A stretch of DNA of 64,000 bases, taken from assembly GCA_013265495.1 (NCBI GenBank), contig MU058781.1:124001-188000 (forward strand), read 5' to 3'. This document shows, one piece after another, positions 49,890-63,374 of this stretch. Numbering within the stretch: the first letter of the stretch is position 1; each line of letters begins with the position of its first letter. Source of the DNA: Vicugna vicugna. Lineage: Eukaryota. The notes beneath the pieces were generated by a model, which saw only the letters and a program-made list of their open reading frames with translations, searched no databases and was not told where the DNA came from. The position numbers and the translations under genes were made by a program.

Positions 49890-50400
49890 CAATGTTTTCA
49901 CTAAATCCTCTTGTGAGTATTACTGTGTGCTTGTGGCGAGAGTCATCATTTTTCCAAACTCCAGATTGAAAGCAATGAGTAAGACATTGTTTCTACCTTC
50001 AGGAAACTTAACATCCTTTCTAGTCTAGACAGATAAGTGAAGAAATAATGATGATCTGAGAAGACCAGTGTTATCATTGTAGAATAAATATAATATAGTA
50101 GACACAGAGAAGGAAGCTACAAATTCTTTGTGGGAAAATGCAGATGGATCAAAAAAAACTTTGAAGCTAATATGTGTTTTGAGCTGAACTGGAAAATATG
50201 CAGAGTTGTCCCGGCGGAGAAACTGGGGGAGTGGATTCTAGGGGGAGGGACTAGCAAAGGTGTAGGTGTGTAAGCAAACAGGATATTGGAAAAATTAGGT
50301 AGAGATTAGGAAACAAAAGGAGAAAGCCAAATTTTAAATCTGTGGAAAAAAAAAAAAAGATCAGAGACAGACAGTGGAGGACTTTACAAATTATTCTAGA
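49890..50400 (-). mobile_element. L2 remnant
   Basis: TGAGTATTACTGTGTGC..GAGTAAGACATTGTTTCTACCTTCAGGAAACTTA..TTTGAGCTGAACTGGAAAA..GGACTAGCAAAGG. Confidence 0.7.
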
Positions 50401-50931
50401 TATTTACAGCTGGAAGAGGTTTTCCCTCACTTATCTTTCAGCAATTCTAAGAAGTAGGAAATAAAAATGATCTCAAGCTTATGAATGATTACCTATCTGA
50501 AAAGTATCCAACTATGTGTTGGTCTACTGGTTTTTGATGCTGTATATTTAAACTACATTTCAAACAATCCTGGATGTATTTGAATCAATGTTCCAATAAG
50601 TCAAATAATAAACAAGAGTATGTTGCAGAGGGGCAAAGATTTTTGTCTATTTTGTTTGCTACTCTATTCCCAATTCCTGAAGCAGTGCCTGTTTTCAAAT
50701 TGGTGAAACCAATAAAAAGCAAACATTTATTGAGTGCTTATGATATATCAGACATTCCTTTAAATGCTTTTATACAGATTAAAAGACTAAAGCACACACT
50801 ATTAGAGAACTGCATTACATTTTTGGTGCAACATTTTACAGACTGTTGCTGGGCAAAGAGAGAGTAATGTGATACTGAAAGTTCTGGATAATATCATTAA
50901 GTGTGGTCTAAACTGACACTTTTTTTTTTTT

Positions 50932-51272
50932 GAGAAGAGATTTCTTTATAGAGTGAGACTTGTCTTCCAATATTTGGAAACCTACTGTGTAAAAGATGTA
51001 GATGTATTTTGGAGAACAGTCTTCAGAAAGTTTACCTGGGGCCAAGGTGTGGGTACTAGAAGGAGTTATATTTTGATGTCATATGTGAAGGAATTTTCTG
51101 AACTTTCTGACGATTTGATTTAACCAACAACAGAACAAGTTAACTTGGGACGAAATAAGCTTCCGTTTATTTATGATAGTGACCCAAAAGCTTGAGGGTC
51201 ATCGATCCTATAGAATAGATTTATTCTTTGAATGATGGATTGATATGTATGATAGCCAAAGTTTGTGAGTCT
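50932..51272 (+). mobile_element. L3/CR1 LINE 3' end remnant
   Basis: GAGAAGAGA..TGTCTTCCAATATTTGGAA..AAGGAATTTTCT..CCAACAACAGAAC..GGATTGATATGTATGA follow the ordered L3 3' landmarks. Confidence 0.6.
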
Positions 51273-52799
51273 GTTAGGAGGCTAGTAGACCAGTTGGATT
51301 ATTCTGATTTGTGCGAGCAGAGCACCACTCTATTAACATGTATGCATGAAAGCAGTTGGCCTGTTTCAAATCAGCTTGGAACATCAAGTAAAGAAAAAAA
51401 AAAATCTCTTTGGCCTTTTCTCAATGTCCTTTCCAAGTCAAAGCAAATTATTCATAGTTTCCTTTAATGTCTGCTATTCTGTTTATGAGGAATGACTCAA
51501 GGGAAGTTGTTCGTTAATTCAAAACAAACAGACTGCTTGCACGTTGTAGGGCTGGCTTATACTTAGATGTTTTCTGAGAATGTTTACCTCTTGTCAGGTG
51601 TTGTATTACCTGAACTTTGAGTGACTCACGATACGGGACAGACATCAGGTCGTGGACTCTGGCTGCTGACACTCACATCACTCTATGGGCTAATTATGTA
51701 ATTAGGGGAAAACGTTCTTGATAAAGCATCTCAGGCAACTGATAGTTTAGCAAACCATTAAACTGCAGTGGACTCTCAGTGGCTCAGGATATTGGTTTGG
51801 GGATGGGTACACTTCTGTAACTTCTCTTGCAGGAGGCTCTGAAAAAAAGAGACACTTCCTTTTTCAGGGGAGATATATGGACTAGAGGTTATGAAACATC
51901 AAGTTTGGATCAGATCTTTTCTTTTTCAGTTTCTTGTTTTCTCATGGGAGATCTTTATTTCCGAGGCCACTGCTACCCTGCTCCCATTCCTGGCTGAAGA
52001 GAATGGAAGCTAAAGAGACTGATGCTGTCAAATCTCTGAGGTGGGAATCTCAGAGGTGGTGACCCTGGCTAGCATCCTTTCTTCTGTTTTCCACACCGAC
52101 TGTTAAGTGTGGAACTCGGGACTCCTCGGCCAGGTCGGCGAAACTCACTCACAGTTGATTTCTCCTGCTAACAGAGAGCACAGCAGATGCAGGGCCAGAG
52201 AGATGGACGGGCCTCGCGGTTGAAGTTTTAAGGCTGTCTGACTTAGTAAAGGCCCCAGTTTTCTTTATTGCTTTGGGTAAGTCTGTTAGAACATTTTTAA
52301 TACTTTTTCTTTTGACTTGGAGATTGTGAGGAAATTTTGAATTCTCTTAAATTTCTTCCCCTTTGAACTCTCATCAGGAAAAAGAGAGGGAAAACATCAA
52401 TCTTTGACTTTTTAGGATTTAAAAACATGGAAGAAGACTTCTAACTGGATTAATTTGTTTTATGTTTGAAATCAGAAACTACAAACTCTTAGGTCATTGG
52501 AGCAGAGGGCTTACAGCCACATGATTGTATTAAAGCGTTATGGATAGAGTTGTGAAAAGACGTTTCCGGAACAAAAAGATTAAAGTCAACAGTCTTTTAA
52601 AGTATGTGTTTCCTAAATAGTATTTCGACAGTCTTCCCTCATTGGGTCCTACAAATAGTATGCTTTACTCTTTAGATGTCACATGAATATTCAGAGATCA
52701 GTTTCTTCATTTTTATTCAAAAAGTAGTTGCTTATAGGTGTACCCTTTATCGGCCACTCTTTCATGAGCACAGTTTCCCTGAAGTTCAAAATTGTTAGC

Positions 52800-52992
52800 A
52801 AATGGTGTAGCAGAGAAAGCAGTGGACATGGATTCAGTGCACTTGTGTCCCCATGTCTTCCCTGCCACTAACAGCCAGTATGACAGGATATAAATCACTC
52901 TCTCTCTGGGCTAGTTTTTTCATCAGTAAAAAATTCAAAAGTAGACCTAGATGACTTTTAGTCTTTCTGCAAGCTCTAACATACATTTCTAT
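52800..52992 (+). mobile_element. MIR remnant (MIRc/MIR3-like)
   Basis: ATGGTGTAGCAGAGAAAGCAGTGGACATGGATTCAG..CTCTCTGGGCTAGTTTTTTCATCAGTAAAA..CTAGATGACTTT..AGCTCTAACA. Confidence 0.8.
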
Positions 52993-54144
52993 GTTGACAA
53001 TATTTCTAAAAAGCTGTAAAAGCCACTGCTTGAGAATGGAATGTATTATACGACATTCTTTTTGGAAAGAATAAAATAATGTACCTATGCCTAAGTATTT
53101 TTCAAACAAATAATGTCTTTCCAAGTAGTAAGGTAATAACAAAATAATTCACCTTTGGAGATACATTTCACAAGATTTGTTTGTTTTCATTTTCTTTTTT
53201 TTTAAACAATTTAAAACACATCAGTAAAACAACGAAGAAGAGTTAATGTTTTTTTTAATGTTGGAGTTATGAGGCTTGACAATTTTCTAAGGTTTTCTGC
53301 TTTAGCCACTTTTAGAGAGTTTTGTTCATACATTATTTCAGGTTTATTCTCCTGTTCATCCTGGGGAGGAAAAAGTTGAAAGGAATAGATTATTATCCTT
53401 GCCCAAATGCTTTTAAGTCCTTTCTCAGATACTCCCACTTTTCCAAAAATGACAGTGATTTACTCCAAACCTCTCCTTTTGTCCACTGTGGGACTGAAAG
53501 CATCACTTGATAGTAGCTGGCAGAGCGCCCTTCCTACCTGCTCTAGAAGAAGCGACAGTGCATGGGTTTAAGCAAACAGATTAGACTCTGCATGGTTTGG
53601 AAGGAGCAGCAACTTAAAGCACCTGGCCTCCCACAGTTTCTCTGGGAACCTTGCTGGGCTTCCTCTGCGACTTTGTTTCTTCTTAAATTTAAGTCAGGCT
53701 CTTTCTATTCCCAAGCCCCCAATTCCTCTGTGGAAGTAACTTGTCACACACGTGCATACTCTCTTTTGCAAACCCAGAGCATCACCTGTGTGTTGCCGTG
53801 ATAGGTTTGCCTCTCCTGGTGGATTATCTCCTGTTGGCACTAACACCCCTCTCCTCTTCCCTCTCAATTCATTCTGAGTCCACGTTCTGGCTCATGGCAT
53901 CTGTTTTCACTATGTTGAGAACAAAGTTATGGTTCTGATCCCCAAAGGGGTCAATTACCTTCACCGTGTTCACCATCCCATATTTCATTTCCAGCCTCAG
54001 ATGCCATTTTGCACGTGGTTTGTTCACATCACAGTTGGGGAGGAAGTGTGGATTGGAGTCAGAGGGGAGGCAAATATTTTGAATAGATTTACACAAATCC
54101 ACCAGTGCACCTGGAAAAGCTGTACAGCAGAGCGGCCAGAGCAT

Positions 54145-54360
54145 CGGTATTAGAATCAGAAACTAGCATCCAAATCAAGGCTTTGCTGTTCTTAGCCTTT
54201 TGCCCTGAGGAGGTCCCATAACCACTGTAATTTCAGGTTCCTCATGTGTAAATTGTAGGCAATAGTAACAATCTTATTGGACTGTTGTATGGAATGGAGA
54301 GAACAGATAATGTAGTCAAAGTGCCTAGCACTTGAGGGATTGGTACTAAACAAATAATAG
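54145..54360 (+). mobile_element. MIR remnant
   Basis: TCAGGTTCCTCATGTGTAAATTG..GATAATGTAGTCAAAGTGCCTAGCAC. Confidence 0.75.
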
Positions 54361-54579
54361 TAATTAATACTAATTATAATAAATAGATAATAGTAATAAA
54401 TGATTACAATTAGTAAAAAGTTACCATGTCTCTTCATTGATGAGTCAGTGGTATGGTTCTCAATGCAATCTGACAATTACTCATTGAGAGCCAAATGTAG
54501 ACTCTAGTCTGTGTCCGAGTCTGTGAGGTGTATGAAAGAAGTATAAATTGTGACTCTTTGCACTTTCCCACATTTTCAG

Positions 54580-54845
54580 CTCTGCCTGCTGAAGAAAGCC
54601 CAGTGCTTTAGCCAGATATGCAAAGCTCTTCTCAACTTGTCCTCAACCCGTCTTTCCAGCCGTCTCCCCTCCCACTTGCTCCCACAGTCTCCATTCTTGC
54701 CAATCCAGTTACTCACTTCCGTGTGCCTCCTTGCGTTTCCTTGGGCTGAAGACAGACCAGAGCGAGGCCAATTGTACTCATTTTAAGATTCATCCTAGAC
54801 GTCACTTTCCTTGTGGAGTCATTCTTCACCTGCCCTTCTACCTCA
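54580..54845 (+). mobile_element. L2 fragment
   Basis: GAAGAAAGCCCAGTGCTTTAGCCAGATATGCAAAGCTCTTC..TACTCATTTTAAGATTCATCCTAGACGTCACTTTCC. Confidence 0.6.
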
Positions 54846-57097
54846 TTCTCAGAGGAAGGATGATTTATGTAAGACACACAGCGTAATCAGCCCCTAATGA
54901 GTGCTGCCCCCATGCCCCTGGTCTCTCTTACATCCCTCATCGCCCTTACCTACCACTACTGTAAGTTTCAGCTAGCAAGACCACTGCCAGATGTCTTCTT
55001 CCAGAGAGGAAGCAAGAAGTAGCCCCTTTACTCATTAGCTGTGTGACCTGGGCATGTTCAGAATCTGTTTCTACATCTCTGAGTGGGGTTTTCGATGACT
55101 TGTGTAGCTGGACCGCTATATACAAAGCAGTTGGCACATAATAAGTGATTACTTTTTAAATACTATGACAGTGGCACCTCTTTGTTGATTTCTGCATGTT
55201 TGTGTAGGTGCCTGTCGTTACATTTGAATTCACCAAAGCCTGGGATAATACTTCACGTGTTACTGTCGCTCCATTATAGTCACAGCTGTGGGCTGACAGC
55301 ATGTGTCCTTGCAAGTCCTTCATTCTTTTCTCAGGAAACACTGCTCCAGTGAAGGCTCTCAGTGCTCCCCCTGACATCCTGTCCTTATTTCTTCAACTCA
55401 GCGTCCCTTCTAAGCTCACACCACCCTCTGGCACTTTTGCATTCTTGGTGACTCTTGATTGGTCCTAAAATTAAAATGAGAAGGTTTAAAACATTCTCCA
55501 TATTTCCTTTTATTTTGCTTCACTTCTTCCACTTAGAGGGCTCTCCTTTTTGGTTCTCTAAGCAGTGTTCATATATCTAACCCTATGCCTTCAACTAGAT
55601 AAAAAACTAAACTTTTGGTGCAAGCCTAATAATAGTCTGCAATGGACAAATACAATTCAAAATAATGGGGAAAAAAACCCCAGATTGATTGATTATCTTA
55701 GCTCACTATAATAGAAATTAAATTTTTGGAATAGATTCATGCAAAAGAAAAAATACTGTTTTGGTTTTTTTTTTCATTTTGAGTTGGTGAGTTTTCTGAA
55801 ACTACTTTGGCTTTTAGAACAGGGTGATCCTCAATCTCGTGGGAGAATATGTGCAAGTGAGGGAACAAGGACAATACTAAGAAAAACAAGGACATTTGAA
55901 AAAAAAGATGTTCAATGCAGAGTTTGTCCCTAGTTCTGAAGGGGCGACTCCCTCGAGTAGGGCCGGACGTCGTGGGGGTGTCAGAAGGTCTTTTTTGTAC
56001 GTGGAATTAGTACAGGACCCGGGGCTCTAAAAGCCTGGGTGGTTTTCACTTGCATGTTTTTCGTCAAAGGACTTGAGCTGATTCAATTAATTATGCCATC
56101 CCACTGAGTTCCATTTTTCTCTGAACCCACACGGCCAGGCTGTAAATGATACGTGCAAATAAGGGTCCACCTCGGGGACAGGCTTGTCGCAGGCACGCCT
56201 GCTCTCACGTTGTGAATTGCCAACAGTGTGCTCAGCTCGCTTTCAGGGCTGCGACCCCATGAAAGAGAGCTTGTCTTATCTTTTCCCTGTTTTTTCAATA
56301 TTAGTGTCAAAACATTCCATTTTAAATATATTTGAAGAACAAGGTGAGATGTGAAAAATGCATTTCTACTAAAATGAAAATGAAAGATTGCCTATTTCAG
56401 GAATTCTGTTGGAAATATATTCTGTTCTATCTTACTAATGTGGAGGGATATTTCAGAATGTCTTTATTTCCACTCAGGTGTCATCAAAACTCAAGCAAGC
56501 ATCTTACAATGGGATCAGATCTTTCTAGCTGTGGTTGAGGCATTTCAGTTAAAATTATATTTTTATAAAAATGGGATCTGAGGGCATTTAACCTCAGAAT
56601 GATTCATTATCTACCTCTCTATGGAGAAATATTTTTCAAAACTCAAATAAGATTTGATACTCTGAGCAAACGAAATTGAATGTTAAGTGAATGTTTGAAA
56701 ATATGATTTATGGGTATTTATTTTAATTTTTGATTTAGGCAGCACATCTAATCATGACAGTGAACCTTCTGAGTTTTAAGATTTTATTTGTTTGTTTTTT
56801 GATTTGAAAACTGTTACAAAGACCTGACTAGGGCATCAGATTAGACTTGTCACCGAATTTCAGGTTAGAATGCAGTTCAATACACACTATATATCATAAT
56901 GGACTCTCGACAGGTGAGCTGGGGTTCAGACCCAGCTCTGCTGCTAGAGAACTCTGGAACCTTGATCAACCTTACGGTCTCTGGGTTTCACTTCCCTCTT
57001 CATAAACAGATACACTAGTGCCTACCTTGCGGACTGACTTTGAGAATCAATTATTTCACGGTACATAAAGATCCTCCACTGTGCATGACAGGAAGTA

Positions 57098-57272
57098 CCA
57101 TGTTCTACTGTGGTCCCTGGACCAGCAGCACAAACGCCACCTGGAAAACTGTTAGAAATGCATGTTCTTGACCCAACACCAGACTTACTGAAATCTGTGA
57201 GAAGGGCCCAAATACTTGTATTTGAACAAGCTTTCTAGGTGATTCTGATGTGTGCTCCAGTGCGAGGGGCTG
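57098..57272. mobile_element. MER5A-type hAT-Charlie MITE
   Basis: TGTGGTCCCTGGACCAGCAGCA..CACCTGGAAAACTGTTAGAAATGCA..CCAGACTTACTGAA..AACAAGCTTTCTAGGTGATTCTGATG. Confidence 0.85.
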
Positions 57273-57764
57273 CCTGCCACAGTGTGTGATGAACCACAGG
57301 GGGACATTTACTAACCCAGGTAAACAGCACTTTAGAATTATGCTGGAAACTCAGTAAATAAGGTGACTCGTGCTTTTAAAATGTAATGAGAAGGAGAGTC
57401 TCCCTTATAAATACAGAGTCTACAGATATGAATACAAATAACTAATAATTATTGCTTGCTCATTGTCATCTAGGGCCTGTAAGTGTGCATTGTGTACACT
57501 CATTTTTTATTTTATTCTCGTAACAACCTCTTGGGGGGTGGTGTTATCAGCAGCCACACTTTACTAAACAAGGAAGGGGGTTTCAGAGGTGGAGCTAACA
57601 AAGTGGAGGTGGGCTTCTCTGACAAATTTCACAAACCTGAGGCTTAACCACGATTAGAAAAATACTCTATGAAATAACTGATCACAGAAGTCTTTTTTAT
57701 TTTGATGGAATTGCTGAACAGACATTCAGAATTGTATTCCATTCTTTTTAGCTTTTGAGTAAAA

Positions 57765-58025
57765 ATTTTAAAACAGCTTTGAGATGTGTGATACACAAAA
57801 ACCGCCCATGTTCAATATGCACCACCTGATGCACTTGGACAGGTGCTTTTACCCGTGAAACCATCACCACAGTCAAGATCAAAGACACATCCGTCACCTC
57901 TAAAAGTTTCCCTGTGCCTCTTTTTTTGCTTGTATGTTTTTGTTTTTGTTGCTGTTGTCGTAAGGACACTTAACATGAAACCTACTCTCAACACATTTTT
58001 AGTGCCCAATACAGCATTGTTGTTG
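57765..58025 (-). mobile_element. L1MA/L1MB-type 3' end
   Basis: ACCCGTGAAACCATCACCACAGTCAAGAT..CATCCGTCACCTCTAAAAGTTTCCC..GTAAGGACACTTAACATGAAACCTACTCTC. Confidence 0.82.
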
Positions 58026-58224
58026 TATTCAATGAAAAAAATCACCTCTACAGAAAGTCTTTTATGTACGTCTTCCTCCTTATGACGTGTCATAGCAGCC
58101 ATTCTTACCTTCCTTCTGGAACTTACCAGAACCTGAGTTGTATGTCAGTGTTACATATGCAGACACACAGATATGTATTGATACATGTGTTTTTATACAT
58201 AGTGAAATACGTGTGTATGTATGT

Positions 58225-58352
58225 GTAAATTTCTTGAGGGCAGAAGTCATATTTGTCTTATTCATCCTTTGTAGTTCAGTGCTTAGAGCAGCACCTGGCC
58301 CACAATTCGAACTCAGTAATTACTACTTTAATCAACGAATAAGTGAATAAAT
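58225..58352 (+). mobile_element. L2 3' end
   Basis: TGTAAATTTCTTGAGGGCAG..TTGTCTTATTCATCCTTTGTA..CAGTGCTTAGAGCAGCACCTGGC..GAATAAGTGAATAAATG. Confidence 0.8.
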
Positions 58353-58574
58353 GCATCTCTACTGGTGCTGGTATAAAAAAGAAAAATCAAGGACTTACAG
58401 CGTTAGAAACCAGGATCTTTTTTCAAGTCCTGTTGAACTGAAGAAATTTTGGCTGAATCTCTGTTTAGAAACCAGATACATTCACTTTAATATTTCTAAC
58501 ATTAACTTGGCCAACACACCCACAAGTTGTTAGATCAGTGTGACATTTCATTCAGCCATTAATCATGGAGACAT

Positions 58575-58745
58575 ACATTCTGAGGTTGAAAAAGACCTTA
58601 GAGAACATCTAATCTCTCCTTTTGAAGATTGGGGTGTTGAGCTCAAGAGTTAAGTGGCTTGTTCAAGGCTAAATGCTGGTTAGAGGCAGGGTTGGAAGTG
58701 ATGCCGGAATGAAGGTCGGCTGATTCCTGGCCTAACACTGTTCTC
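58575..58745 (-). mobile_element. MIR remnant
   Basis: AAAAGACCTTAGAGAACATCTAATC..GTTAAGTGGCTTGTTCAAGG. Confidence 0.7.
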
Positions 58746-58874
58746 ATTCGACACTGTCTCAGTATGATTGCAGCTGGCCCTGAGTTTGGGCACATGTTAC
58801 ACGAAATGCTGTTCACAGTAGGACCCTTCTGTAATACCACATTTAATGCGATTAAAGAGTGCAAATGGAATGTT

Positions 58875-59080
58875 CTTCTAAACTGGCTTTGCCACTAACG
58901 AGCTGTGTAATCTTCAACAAATTATTTACAACATCATTGTGCCTGTTTCCTCATCTCTAAATCTTAGAAAAATAGTGGTACCTGTTTCCCAAGATTGTGA
59001 TGAGGATTAAAGGAGACAAAATGTAAAGTGTTTAGAACAGTGCCTGGCACGTAGTAAACGCTTCGCAGATATTAACAATT
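58875..59080 (+). mobile_element. MIR remnant
   Basis: TGCCACTAACGAGCTGTGTAATCTT..GTTTCCTCATCTCTAAA..GATGAGGATTAAA..TTTAGAACAGTGCCTGGCACGTAGTAAACGCT. Confidence 0.88.
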
Positions 59081-62000
59081 CTTACTCGTAGTATTTTGGG
59101 AAGGAAAGTTTGTCAGTTAGGCATTTTCTCTTGAATTGAGGTGAGGAACAGGGAGTGGGAAAGCCTGGCTGAATGGTGAGTGTTCACAGATGGCAGGTGA
59201 GCAGACTCTTCCTAATTCCCATCCACGGCCAGACAAGGGAGTGATGTTCCTTCTTACATCTTATTCCCACCTGACTTGGTCATTCATGTTACTTATTAAA
59301 TGCATAAGTTGGGCACATTGAATAAATACAGTTGAGCAGGTTAAATGGAATGACCTAAATTCTTACCAGAAGATTTGGATTATAAACAAATTCCATTTGA
59401 AATGATCAATCCATATAAAAGCAATCTGCATGTCTGACATTACATAGTCGATCCCTAGAGAAGTTGAGGTAGGTATGCAGTTTAGAAAGAAGAAAGCCAA
59501 CAAAGATGAAACTTGCTTGGGAAAATGGGTATGTTTCTGAAAACTTGTCAATACATTAAATCTTGCTTAAAAAAATCATGATTAAGTACTTCTGTGAAAC
59601 TCTACCAAAAAATAATCCTGGAAATTTATTATATAGTTTTCTTTCTATTCTAGAGCTAAATCTTACTTAATTTGGAAAGATTATGAAAGTACTTATATAT
59701 TGCCTCATATATAATATGTAGATATATTTTACATACAATGTATACATATATGTTTATTGTCTATATATGTGTACACACACATGTTTGGGTTTGTAGAAAA
59801 TTTTAAAAGGCTTCCATGCCCATTGCAAAATAAATTCCTTACGTGTGGCAATGAGTTCATGCTATTCACTGATCACTAAGCAGTTAGGTTTATAGCAAAC
59901 ATAGCAGAATGATCAGAATTGGCAGGAAATAGATGAAAACATTCTGGTGGCATTTGCCACCACCATTAAATCCTCCTAGTTAAGGGATCTTAACTATTTA
60001 AGTCATTTACAGGATGGTCGATAAAAGGCATTCACATCAGAACTTCTTGTAAAATGGAAAGTATATCTGGAACATGGAAGGGTTGATCAGAATCTGGCTT
60101 AATTCTTTTTCTTAAAAATAAATAGACCAAAATAAAGTTTCCTAGTTTATTTGCTTTAGGGTTTGATTCTGTGTAGAAACTTGATTTCCTTTTGAGGACC
60201 CAGAAACACGCACACTAATTTCTTGTAGGAAGATCATGTGTACCGTTAGACCTTTGTTGAAGGCTGCGTTTTGCTCCGATGGCTCAAAATGGAAACTTGA
60301 AAATCAGTTCTGCAGCTTCCATTAGAAGAAAGGAATTGTCAATTATCTGTAATTAATATTTCCTGAGAACTCACAGGGGGTGTAGCAGGTATGAGGGAAG
60401 AGCAAACACATCCACAAAAGTTATCTTACTTCAAGTTAAATATATAGATTTGACTGCAGTGTTTTCCCACTAGCACGATGTTTTTTCATTCCTTTAGAAA
60501 TCCTGTTATATATATTTTAAAGAAGGGCTGACTGTATATTCTTTAACTTGTTTCTCTTTTACTTCTCCCTGCGGCAAAAAGAAGCAGCGGCAACACAAAC
60601 AAGTTTTTATGATCCTGCCGAATCAAGATACTAAAACATGAGTTAAATGAAGAGGCGTGGTGGTTTTAATGAAGAAAAATAAAACGATTTAAGCGTTGCC
60701 AGGTGGAAAATGAAACAGTTGCTTTATATGGAATGTGTAGTAGGGAATGAGGCTCATGGATGCCTGGGAAGACAGTTTCCAATGTCAGGAATTTTTTGCC
60801 ATGGTCTTTGATCTGCAGTCCAATTTCAGCCTTGGTCTAAGAGGAAAAACAAAGAGGGAAAACTATTACTTGTTTTAATGAAAAAAATCTCAGTGAACCA
60901 AGGCTGACTATGGAAAAACCATCCAGGAAAAAGGGTGTTGATTCAACAAACAAACCAACCTTAAAAATAAAACTCAAAACAAAACAAAGATCCCCTTCTT
61001 TCTCGCATACACAGAAACCAACCTCCCAAATCACCAAATGCTTAAGATGCTGTCCACCCAAGTTTGTATTATTATTTGATACCCTCTGGGTACCTTTTCT
61101 TTTTTAATGAGGAGGACTTTTATAACTTTTGAGAATTAGCCATTGGTTCTACCTGATAACTTTATTATAATTCAACTTCTTAAATTATGCTAGCAATCAT
61201 CTTATTGTGAAACATGGCCGATGGAAACATTTCCCACTGCCATTTTGCTGTTAGAAGATATTCTGACTTTGTTGCATGGACTGGTTTTTATAAGTGATGG
61301 TCACATTGTTGTTAAAGAAAAAGACTCCTCTTTCGGTGCCCTATGGCAGACAAAGCTGACTTGGAAGAGCACCCTTTTCTCCTCGGGTGTATAGGAATTC
61401 TGGATAAAATAGGGCCTGGTTAAAAAAAAAAGTTGCTTGACTCACAAATGTAAAAGGGAAATCTTGAGTTGCTGGAAATGTCAAGGGAATTTTGAGTCAG
61501 AGAATGAGCCAGAGTTCGGATAGGATGTTTCACGAATATCAAGCTGGATGTTTTGGTTAGGTGTTTGGATTTTGATACCAGTGAGGAAGAGAATCTAAGC
61601 CACACTATGGAACTAGAAAGGGCTTATTTCATCTTTTAACTGGGCTCAAACTCCAAATCTAACGTATAGGAAGGTCTCCAGGAAACCATACACCCACCTT
61701 TAGTTACTGATGGAAACAGAGTACCCTGGGAAAAACTGGAGCTTCAAGCCCACTGTGAGGACAGGTGAAGAGGGTCAGTTACATGGCCAACAAACTAAAA
61801 CTGAAACCCAGATGAAAACTGAAAAACCAAATGCAACCAATAGGAAAACCCATACTCTTCGGACCACAGGTAATAGAGAAATCTAAAAGGAAATGAATAA
61901 AGATACTAAAAATGTTCCCGGATGGAGGGATAGCTACTATGAATGTTATAGAAACAGAGAAAACAGACTGGAAAGTGAACCAAATAGAACTTTTAAGAGT

Positions 62001-62359
62001 AAATTTAAATTTAAAAATTTAAGAGTGAAACATACATTAAATACATTTCTTTGTGTGTGAGATGGGTGGTGGGTAGTGAAAACTAAGCTGCTATTTAGTG
62101 AACAGTGGTACCTACCCAACAGACCAAGATTTTCCCAATTGAGAATTTTTCCCTTAATTCTTTATAAAACTATCTAGGCAACAAATGTATTTAATTATTT
62201 CTTTCATTTATCACTTTCAAGTACTAAAAACTCTGATTTCAGGATTTTAATATATAGCATTATTTCTCAGGGTGAAAAAGAGAGAAGTAGAAGTCAGAAG
62301 ATGATGATTTCTTTCTTTCTTCTTTTTCCTTCCGGGTGTCTGTTCTGGGTCGTTGCTGT

Positions 62360-62929
62360 GGTTGTTGTTTTTAACTGAAGTATAGTTGATTCACAATGTT
62401 GCATTAGTTTCTGGTGTGCTGCATGGTGATTCAGATATACATATGTATATATATATTCTTTTTCATATTCATTTTCATTATAGGTATTATAAGCTATTGA
62501 ATATAATTCCCTATGCTATACAGTAGGACCTTGTTGTTTATCTGTTCTTTATATAGTAGTTTGTATCTGCTAATCCCAAACTCCTAATTTATCCCTCCCC
62601 TCACCTTTCCCCTTTGGCAACTGAAGGGTTGTTTTCTATGTCTGTAAGTCTCTTTCTGTTTTTGTAAAGAAGTTCATTTGTGTCTTTTTTTTTTAGATTC
62701 CACATATAAATGATATCATATATTTGTCTTTCTATGTCTTAATGACTTCACTTAGTATAATAATCTCTAGGTCCATCCATGTTGCTGCAAATGGCATTAT
62801 TTCATTCTTTTCTATGGCTGAGTAATGGTCCATTGTGTATATATACCACATCTTCTTTATCCAGTCATCTGTTGATGGACATTTAGGTTTCCTTCATGTC
62901 TTGGCTATTGTACATAGTCCTGCTATGAA
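62360..62929 (-). mobile_element. L1 3' end (artiodactyl-type, ORF2 tail and 3' UTR)
   Basis: TTTAACTGAAGTATAGTTGATTCACAATGTT..GCTATACAGTAGGACCTTG..AGATTCCACATATAAATGATATC..CCACATCTTCTTTATCCAGTCATCTGTTGATGGACATTTAGG. Confidence 0.93.
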
Positions 62930-62963
62930 TGTTCTGGAGTTTGAGTTTACCCTGTGTATACAC

Positions 62964-63374
62964 TGTTGTCATTTCATGGGTACTCACAGAAGACATGAGA
63001 CTCATGGGTCAGAGACAAAGGACTTTTATTACTCACGACACAGCAAAGAGCATGAGCATCAGTATATTTGCACCAATTCTCTCTTACTCCCAAGTTTCAT
63101 GGGGTGATGCTGAGGGCCTGGATGATGCCTGCACGTGCAGTGGGTTGCATTATAGGAGAGAGACTCTAAGCTTGGGGAATCCACAGTCTTGTAGCAAGCA
63201 GGAAGCAATCCTATTCTTTGTCTTGAAGGGGGATGCTACCTCATCCCTTAAGGCTTCTCACAGCCATACGGTCCTGGGAAATAGCCCTGGTACACTGGTC
63301 AGAGTTCTGCATCCTCAGCATACCCAGAAAGATGTGTGGGACCTCGAGAGACCTATTGAAGAAAGTCTCCCACA
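62964..63374 (-). mobile_element. ERVL solo LTR, MER54/MER73/MER74-like
   Basis: Minus strand reads TGTGGGAGAC..GGTCTCTC..CTGGGTATGCTGAGGATGCAG..TGCAACCCACTGCACGTGCAGG..TGAGTAATAAAAGTCCTTTGTCTCTGACCC..CA. Confidence 0.75.

Noticed and set aside
59945..59962. Palindrome TGGTGGCA-TT-TGCCACCA as an NFI site
   Set aside because: TGGC-GCCA spacing is 4, not 5, and such palindromes are expected by chance in 64 kb.
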